Assembly (NCBI RefSeq): GCF_964188315.1
Contig: NC_135655.1
Location: 100,440,001-100,504,000 of the forward strand
Source of the DNA: Podarcis muralis
Taxonomy: Eukaryota
Length of the DNA stretch: 64,000 nt
Direction: 5' to 3'
The position numbers were made by a program, and so were the translations under genes. The notes beneath the pieces are model-generated. The model ran no database searches. It saw nothing but the letters and a program-made list of their open reading frames with translations, and had not been told where the DNA came from. Shown one piece after another: positions 63,327-64,000 of the stretch. The first letter of the stretch is position 1, and each line of letters starts with the position of its first letter.

Positions 63327-63720
63327 GTATCGATTGTGAAAGTGATATCACACCACAAGGTGCATTGATATGGTGTTGAGTAACAAAAAACGGCAAAGAA
63401 TCCTTACAGTATAATCAAAGCTCCTGTCCAAGCCCGACGCTCTGATGAAATTCAATCAATAGGGACGATTAAATGACACACACACAGAGAGAGAGAGCCA
63501 TCAATATTAAATACAGTCCATTTCCTGTACATGAGCCGGGCAACATAAAGTGGACAAGATAAAACTTAAATAGGCAGGTGATTTACAGTGTCCATGAAGT
63601 ATTTAAGCAGTGGTCAAAAATCCCAGGCCTTTTGACACCTCGATATGGGTGGTTTTTAAAAAAGACCGGTGTCCATTAGCCACTGCAACATTTGCATGCA
63701 GTTGTTTTTTCAAATGACAC
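63327..63720 (+). promoter_or_regulatory. candidate conserved non-coding element, possibly with a small exon at 63327-63359 or 63327-63379
   Basis: TTTTATTTTCTTTCCAG| acceptor; CpG retention; ATCAATA x2 (63455, 63500); T-box half-site TGACACCT (63633). Confidence 0.3.
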
Positions 63721-64000
63721 TTTGTTCATATTGTTCAATTTTGTGTGCTGGGTGGTGGTGCTACTGAGATGATTTGGTATTGTCATGGTGTAGTGGCAGG
63801 AGCATCACACATCTTGGGGCAGAGGTGTAGAGCTGCCTTTCTGGTACCTAGCTGGATGGGGATGGGGCAGGGCACAGCGGTGGTGCGTTTGGGGTCATGT
63901 GCATACACAGGAACACCATTTTGATTCCCTTGCTCTCATTGGTGCACCTGTGCAGCCCAGCCCTGCCTCCTCCACCTTAGCCCTGTCCTGGTAAGAGGTG

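Noticed and set aside
1-64000. Naming the host gene (multi-promoter muscle genes such as SORBS2 or DTNA were considered)
   Set aside because: None of the candidate peptides matches a protein sequence I can recall, and architecture alone is not evidence of identity
1-64000. Endogenous viral element, NUMT or intact transposase
   Set aside because: No viral, mitochondrial, DDE transposase or reverse-transcriptase core motifs were seen in any frame

Overview
Eukaryotic (vertebrate) genomic DNA. The repeat content points to a squamate, most likely a lacertid lizard: Sauria SINEs, Squam3-like tRNA SINEs, squamate L2/CR1 3' ends, and lacertid-type Tc1/Tigger-like and hAT MITEs. No complete protein-coding ORF, structural RNA gene or CRISPR array is supportable. 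The six-frame ORFs are transposon remnants, microsatellite or N-gap artefacts, or chance. The unique sequence looks like the 5' part of one large + strand gene with several candidate promoters/first exons and small internal exons (best: 27199-27243, 30338-30583, 48141-48294). It also holds a motif-dense muscle/cardiac-type module at about 25.8-26.1 kb. I could not identify the gene and give no symbol; all exon calls rest on splice signals only. Most interesting: two candidate alternative 20-aa N-termini that both join in frame to one downstream exon, an ancient LF-SINE beside a possible 3-nt microexon, a SINE/L2 chimera with a microhomology junction, and several nested insertions whose order can be read from target-site duplications (TSDs). 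Six N-gap regions hide part of the sequence.
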